This document shows, in pieces, positions 14,529 through 17,997 of a stretch of 17,997 bases of DNA. The DNA comes from Synechococcus sp. (GTDB taxonomy: Bacteria > Cyanobacteriota > Cyanobacteriia > Thermostichales > PCC-7336). The translations under genes and the position numbers were made by a program. How positions within the stretch are numbered: position 1 is the stretch's first letter; every line of letters begins with the position of its first letter. The stretch lies in NCBI GenBank assembly GCA_051439425.1, contig JBFRWD010000097.1, positions 1 through 17,997 on the forward strand, read 5' to 3'. The notes beneath the pieces were generated by a model. It searched no databases, was not told the origin of the DNA, and saw nothing but the letters and a program-made list of their open reading frames with translations.

Positions 14529-16760
14529 CTAATTCTCTAGTTCATCAGCATGAATAGGAATTAACCCCGATCGCTGCAACAACAATTGCCCCTCGCGAGT
14601 CGTCATTAACTCGGCAATCTTCTCTCCAATCGGTGGCAGGCTGTTATCTAACGGATAGACCACACCGATGGGATAAGACAGCGGATAGCGATCGGGATGG
14701 TCGGAACGGAAGCGTTCCACCGGCAGCGAATAGTTACCTTTAAGACCGCATAGGTCGGTACTGGGTTGAATGGCTCGACCATTGGCTAGGGTAAGGGGCT
14801 GGATCGCGGAACGACTGCTATCTCCGATCGCCAGCGGATACACCGAGCATTGATTAAACGCCAGACTATACGGCAAAAATCCTAACCCCCCTCGCTGGTT
14901 ACCACGCCCCGCTTCAAAGTCTTGCAAAATAGCCCTCATTAATTCAAACGGGGGTAAATCGGGAATTAGACCCGTGGATAATGCATCCCCATCCAGAGCC
15001 AATTGTTCGAAAAGATAGCTGGTTTCTTCAGACTCGGAGCGATAGAGCTGCACCGGCAAATCCGGGCCCCCCACCTCCTCCCAACCGGAGACGCGGCCAC
15101 CGTATAGTTGACGCAACTGCTCCAAACTGAGTCGCCCCCTTAAGTGAGTAGGCAGGCTGTTGTCTCGCAGGGATGTGCTGAACGCCACCAATACAGCCAG
15201 TCCGTCATAGGCAATCGGCTCGGCAGTTAGCGTCAGGGGCAACTCTCCCACCAGCGGCAACACCGCAAAATCGATATCTCCCCGATTAACTGCATCGATC
15301 GCCTCCTGCCATGTCTCGCTAGGGATATGTTGCAACGCCAATTCAGGCTGCACCTGACCCAGCTGAGCTTCCAACGGGTCATTATTCTGTTGTGCCTCCA
15401 ACCGCACCCAGTCCCACACCCCTCTAGTAATAGAGCTGTAATAAAACCGCCCAACTGGAATGCTATCCACATCACTCCATTCGTTAGCAATAGGAGCCGT
15501 AACCTCTGTTTGCTGCCTTGCTCGTCCCCGCCCCAGCAGCCACATAGCCAGCCATCCCACAAACGCCCCCGCCAAGATGGCAGCCGCGATCGCCCCCAAC
15601 CAAATGGGCCACTTCGCCGATCGCCAATCGGATTGTTCTCGCTCTTCTGGCACTTCCTGCACTTCGGGGAGATCGTCGGACTCTGGCATCGCGCCCTGAG
15701 GGAGATGCTCGCGCGCCTCTGCAGCGCTCTCAAACGGAACTCCAGTACCGAGCAATCGTTCGATGAAATGCTGCAGTGGGGTAGGAGCCGTTGTCCATCC
15801 CGAGGCCTCCTGGAATGAGTCCTCTGATAATGGATTGTCGTCAACAGTCACGGAAGTCGTGCCTGAAAGTAGCGAGTAAGCCACCTGCCCTAATGCTTGC
15901 AAGTCGGCATCTGGAGACACTGGTGCAGCGGTGTTGGCCTGAGGATCGAACAAGTTTTCCCACAGAGTTAAATCGCTCGCATAGACAAACGGCTGCCTGT
16001 CTCGCTCCACCCACAACAGTGTTTCGGGACTGAGGTTGCCCACAGCAATGCCATCTACCACCTGGCCGCCAGCCAAGCGAAATTTTTGTTCGTGCAAGTA
16101 TTCCAAAGATTGCAGCACCTGTTGCAACATCCGCCTCACTTGTTCGAACGAGACAGGAATGGACTGCCCCATCCGATCGCTCAAACTGGGAGACAACGCA
16201 GCCGCATCAAAGATGGCGTAACACCTCTGCTGGCGGCGATCGGCGATCGCATCTTGGGGCACCAACACGCGCATATCAGGGGCGCGTCCATCGGCTAAGT
16301 GCACCCCAGCCACTTCCAAAAAGCTGTCCATTCTCAGGCGGGCTTGGGCTTCGTCAAAGTACAAACCGGGTAAGACATATTCTTTAATGGCAACGGCATC
16401 ACCCGAAGTCATTTCTGTGGCTGCGTACAGGCGTCCATCGCCGCGAAATCCGGCCAGCCGTTCGATACGATATCGCCCTTTGCGACCCAGGAGTTCGGCC
16501 TCATTGGCAAGGGGGGCGGGGAATTGGCAGGTGGTACAGAGGCGATCGGAGGTGGCTGAGCCTGCCCGAGCAAGCGTGCAGATGAGCGGATTGGTTTGAG
16601 TGCAGTGATAGCGAGAATAGGTGGAATTAGTCGGTGGTAAGGATTGACTGGATGGATTGTCAGTTGGCTGCGATCCCTCTGGAGGGACAGCATCGGATGG
16701 AGGAGCATCAGCTGCCGTACTGCGGACAAGCGCTGACGGGTTGAAATTCTTCGGAATCAT
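14529..16760 (-). CDS. Membrane-anchored Zn-ribbon + degenerate Ser/Thr kinase-like (pseudokinase) + PstS-like periplasmic binding domain protein
   Basis: 743 aa. Four Cys (C-x6-C...CxxC); kinase-fold motifs RYRIERLAGFRGDGRLY, VAIKEY, LQQVLQSLEYLH, ADLQALGQVAYSLLSG; TM IWLGAIAAAILAGAFVGWLAMWLL; PBP/PstS motifs IAYDGLAVLV, LSLEQLRQLYGG...WEEVGGPDLPV, YPLSYPIGVVY. Confidence 0.85.
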   Translation of the reverse strand: MIPKNFNPSALVRSTAADAPPSDAVPPEGSQPTDNPSSQSLPPTNSTYSRYHCTQTNPLICTLARAGSATSDRLCTTCQFPAPLANEAELLGRKGRYRIERLAGFRGDGRLYAATEMTSGDAVAIKEYVLPGLYFDEAQARLRMDSFLEVAGVHLADGRAPDMRVLVPQDAIADRRQQRCYAIFDAAALSPSLSDRMGQSIPVSFEQVRRMLQQVLQSLEYLHEQKFRLAGGQVVDGIAVGNLSPETLLWVERDRQPFVYASDLTLWENLFDPQANTAAPVSPDADLQALGQVAYSLLSGTTSVTVDDNPLSEDSFQEASGWTTAPTPLQHFIERLLGTGVPFESAAEAREHLPQGAMPESDDLPEVQEVPEEREQSDWRSAKWPIWLGAIAAAILAGAFVGWLAMWLLGRGRARQQTEVTAPIANEWSDVDSIPVGRFYYSSITRGVWDWVRLEAQQNNDPLEAQLGQVQPELALQHIPSETWQEAIDAVNRGDIDFAVLPLVGELPLTLTAEPIAYDGLAVLVAFSTSLRDNSLPTHLRGRLSLEQLRQLYGGRVSGWEEVGGPDLPVQLYRSESEETSYLFEQLALDGDALSTGLIPDLPPFELMRAILQDFEAGRGNQRGGLGFLPYSLAFNQCSVYPLAIGDSSRSAIQPLTLANGRAIQPSTDLCGLKGNYSLPVERFRSDHPDRYPLSYPIGVVYPLDNSLPPIGEKIAELMTTREGQLLLQRSGLIPIHADELEN

Positions 16761-17095
16761 AAGGAATTTCGCTGACGCAGATTCGGAAACGCCACACTCG
16801 ATCGCCGTTGCCGGAATTGGCGATCGAGCAAGTCATTAACCGAGCAATTATTAGTAATTTTTTCCCGACTCACTATTCTCCAAAGGGTTAGTATTGCGGG
16901 CGAATACTGCCAAACCCAATCTCTATATACAGATTAATGTCCGCGATCGCAGTCAAAGCCACCATGCTTGTTCTGTCGTAAAGTTACACAGTCTATCGGC
17001 AATTTAAGGTTGACAACATTCCGCATAAATCATCTGTTAAGTCCAAGCCAGATCGATTAAGCATGAGCAGACCCACTCGACACGAGGACGATCTC
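16761..17095. promoter_or_regulatory. Divergent promoter region between the CIS operon and the Nif11-like gene, with imperfect palindromes
   Basis: AT-richer non-coding gap between head-to-head genes. Dyads: gggtt-agtatt-N7-aatact-..-aaccc (16885-16917) and ctgt(c)gtaa-ag-ttac-acag (16973-16991). No promoter was mapped. Confidence 0.5.
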
Positions 17096-17305
17096 ATGGC
17101 TCAGGCAGAAGTCGCACGACTCTACCGGTCTATCCAGCAAAATCCCGATCTGAGAGGGAAACTCAGCAAAGCTCTTAGCCAAACAGACTTTATCTCTATC
17201 GCTCAGTCTCAGGGATACGAATTTACAGAAAAAGAATATGTAGATAGCGTTCGCTTTACGGTCGAAGAATTGGAATGCGAAATGTCAGAAATTCCCGGAC
17301 TCTAA
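17096..17305 (+). CDS. Nif11-like leader-peptide family small protein
   Basis: MAQAEVARLYRSIQQNPDLRGKLSKA....FISIAQSQGYEFTEKE matches the Nif11 pattern (D/NPxLxxKL...A...GyxFTxxE). ATG 17096 is preceded by GAGGA and is preferred over 17063. Confidence 0.8.
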   Translation: MAQAEVARLYRSIQQNPDLRGKLSKALSQTDFISIAQSQGYEFTEKEYVDSVRFTVEELECEMSEIPGL

Positions 17306-17497
17306 ATGACAGGAATAAACTGCACCCCATAGTGTTCGACACGATTTGGATCTAAGTTCAAAAACAATATTGGATCTATGCTCAGAAATGGTATGAGTCC
17401 TCGATGGCCTCTAAATTGCAACTGGCCGTTTCTACTCAGCAATAGCCCAATAACAAGGCCTTGTTGATATCTACAGCGGGGTAGGAGAACTTGCGAT

Positions 17498-17713
17498 TCG
17501 CAGGCTTGGCACTTCAACGACGCAGTTGATTGGCATAGGCCTGGGCAAACTTCAGGCACCAGTAGCGGATCGCTTCGTAAGTCACGTCGATCCTGCGATA
17601 GAGCATCATCTTCTCGATATCTCGGTAGCTCAGAGGAACGTGCAGTACAACCAGACACAGTGCGAGATGATTTCGGAGCGAAAGCGATGACGCTTGTAAC
17701 TTATGCTCATCAT
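17498..17713 (-). pseudogene. IS6-family transposase pseudogene (frameshift, nonsense codon, truncation)
   Basis: Frame 1 from ATG 17713 reads MMSISYKRHRFRSEIISHCVWLYCTF. After a frameshift near 17635 it reads PLSYRDIEKMMLYRRIDVTYEAIRYWCLKFAQAYANQLRR*SAKPA. The DDE domain is absent. Confidence 0.88.
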
Positions 17714-17766
17714 CAAAGCCTTGCACAGACTGGATAGCGATGCCGACGAGTTAACTTGTCAGTCCC
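17498..17766 (-). mobile_element. IS6-family insertion sequence remnant (left end plus 5' part of the transposase)
   Basis: Candidate left inverted repeat GGGACTGACAAGTTAA (17766-17751, minus strand), followed about 40 nt later by the transposase start. Similarity is lost after about 17498 and no right IR is seen. Confidence 0.75.
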
Positions 17767-17873
17767 GTTTCCAGCTATAAAACAACCATCATTAAGTCGA
17801 TCTGATATCCAATATGTTTGTCAATTCTTGACCGCGATAAGCTTGTCATGAGCTCTCGACCCAAGAATTTAGC

Positions 17874-17997
17874 CTGAGTACAGGACAAAAGCTTGAAAAG
17901 GAACAGAGGTGGGGGTTTCGTAGGATAACCACAACCAAACGAATCCCCCATGGACGAGGTTAACCTGCTCAGAGAGCGTCTGCGAGCCCACTTTCCC
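17874..17997 (+). mobile_element. Left end of an IS4-family (IS10-like group) insertion sequence
   Basis: CTGAGTACAGGACAAAA at 17874-17890 resembles, from recall, the terminal IR of cyanobacterial IS4 elements whose transposases end in FLSCT*. It is followed by a fold-back hairpin and a transposase-like start. Confidence 0.65.
17950..17997 (+). CDS. IS4-family transposase, N-terminal 16 aa (continues beyond the window)
   Basis: MDEVNLLRERLRAHFP resembles recalled N-termini of cyanobacterial IS4 transposases (MNQIxxLRxxLxPHLxWHGARL). Only 16 codons are visible. Confidence 0.6.
   Translation, partial: MDEVNLLRERLRAHFP

Larger units (their letters stand above)
3060..16950. repeat. Dispersed HIP1 octamer palindromes (GCGATCGC)
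   Basis: Seen at about 3060, 3638, 4202, 4392, 5506, 6303, 8435, 9500, 9653, 10021, 10617, 12737, 15586, 16243 and 16943, plus many CGATCG cores. None was seen in 1-2650. Confidence 0.9.

Noticed and set aside
14529..15530. pstS phosphate ABC transporter gene
   Set aside because: The PBP domain is fused to a TM helix and a kinase-like domain, and no pstCAB genes are present; the ligand is unknown.
2651..16760. Type VI secretion system
   Set aside because: No TssJ/L/M, TssK, TssA or ClpV-like ORFs; the wedge proteins resemble the eCIS/TIGR02243 type more than TssF/TssG.
2785..16839. Numerous 60-208 aa ORFs overlapping the long minus-strand genes (e.g. 3615..4241, 10727..11230, 13657..14094, 15233..15844)
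   Set aside because: They are nested in or antisense to well-supported CDSs in GC-rich DNA, with Arg/Ser/Pro-biased composition and no motifs.
16885..16991. NtcA or LexA binding sites
   Set aside because: The GTA..TAC spacings seen are N11 and N4 rather than N8, and there is no good match to the cyanobacterial LexA box; kept only as unassigned dyads.
17096..17305. RiPP (lanthipeptide/prochlorosin-like) biosynthetic cluster
   Set aside because: No GG motif, core peptide, modifying enzyme or peptidase-transporter gene in the window.
17302..17726. ORFs 17302..17658 (-) and 17514..17726 (-) as intact genes
   Set aside because: The second is a chimera of the wrong frame and the post-frameshift IS6 frame. 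The first is an alternative frame over the IS remnant with no recognisable motif.

Overview
This is almost certainly cyanobacterial DNA: about 15 perfect HIP1 octamers (GCGATCGC) lie between 3060 and 16950. Most of the window (2651-16760, minus strand) is an apparent eight-gene operon encoding the baseplate-wedge half of a phage-tail-like contractile injection system (CIS) together with four membrane proteins. Gene order: Zn-ribbon/pseudokinase-TM-PstS-like binding protein, gp25-like wedge, baseplate J-like protein, P2 gpI-like tail protein with an N-terminal Ig-like module, DUF4159-like protein, dCache-HAMP sensor with no output domain, Ig-TM-WD40 protein, Ig-TM-Ig protein. No sheath, tube, VgrG/PAAR spike, LysM or AAA+ ATPase gene is in the window. 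Downstream and co-oriented is an AT-richer, HIP1-free NACHT NTPase-HEAT repeat gene (2441 to <1, minus strand), which the ORF track misses because it runs off the edge. Upstream are a divergent leader-only Nif11-like gene, a frameshifted and truncated IS6 remnant, and the left end of an IS4-family element. Several short tandem duplications (15-24 bp) are scattered through the locus. All family assignments come from motif recognition by eye; no database searches were run.
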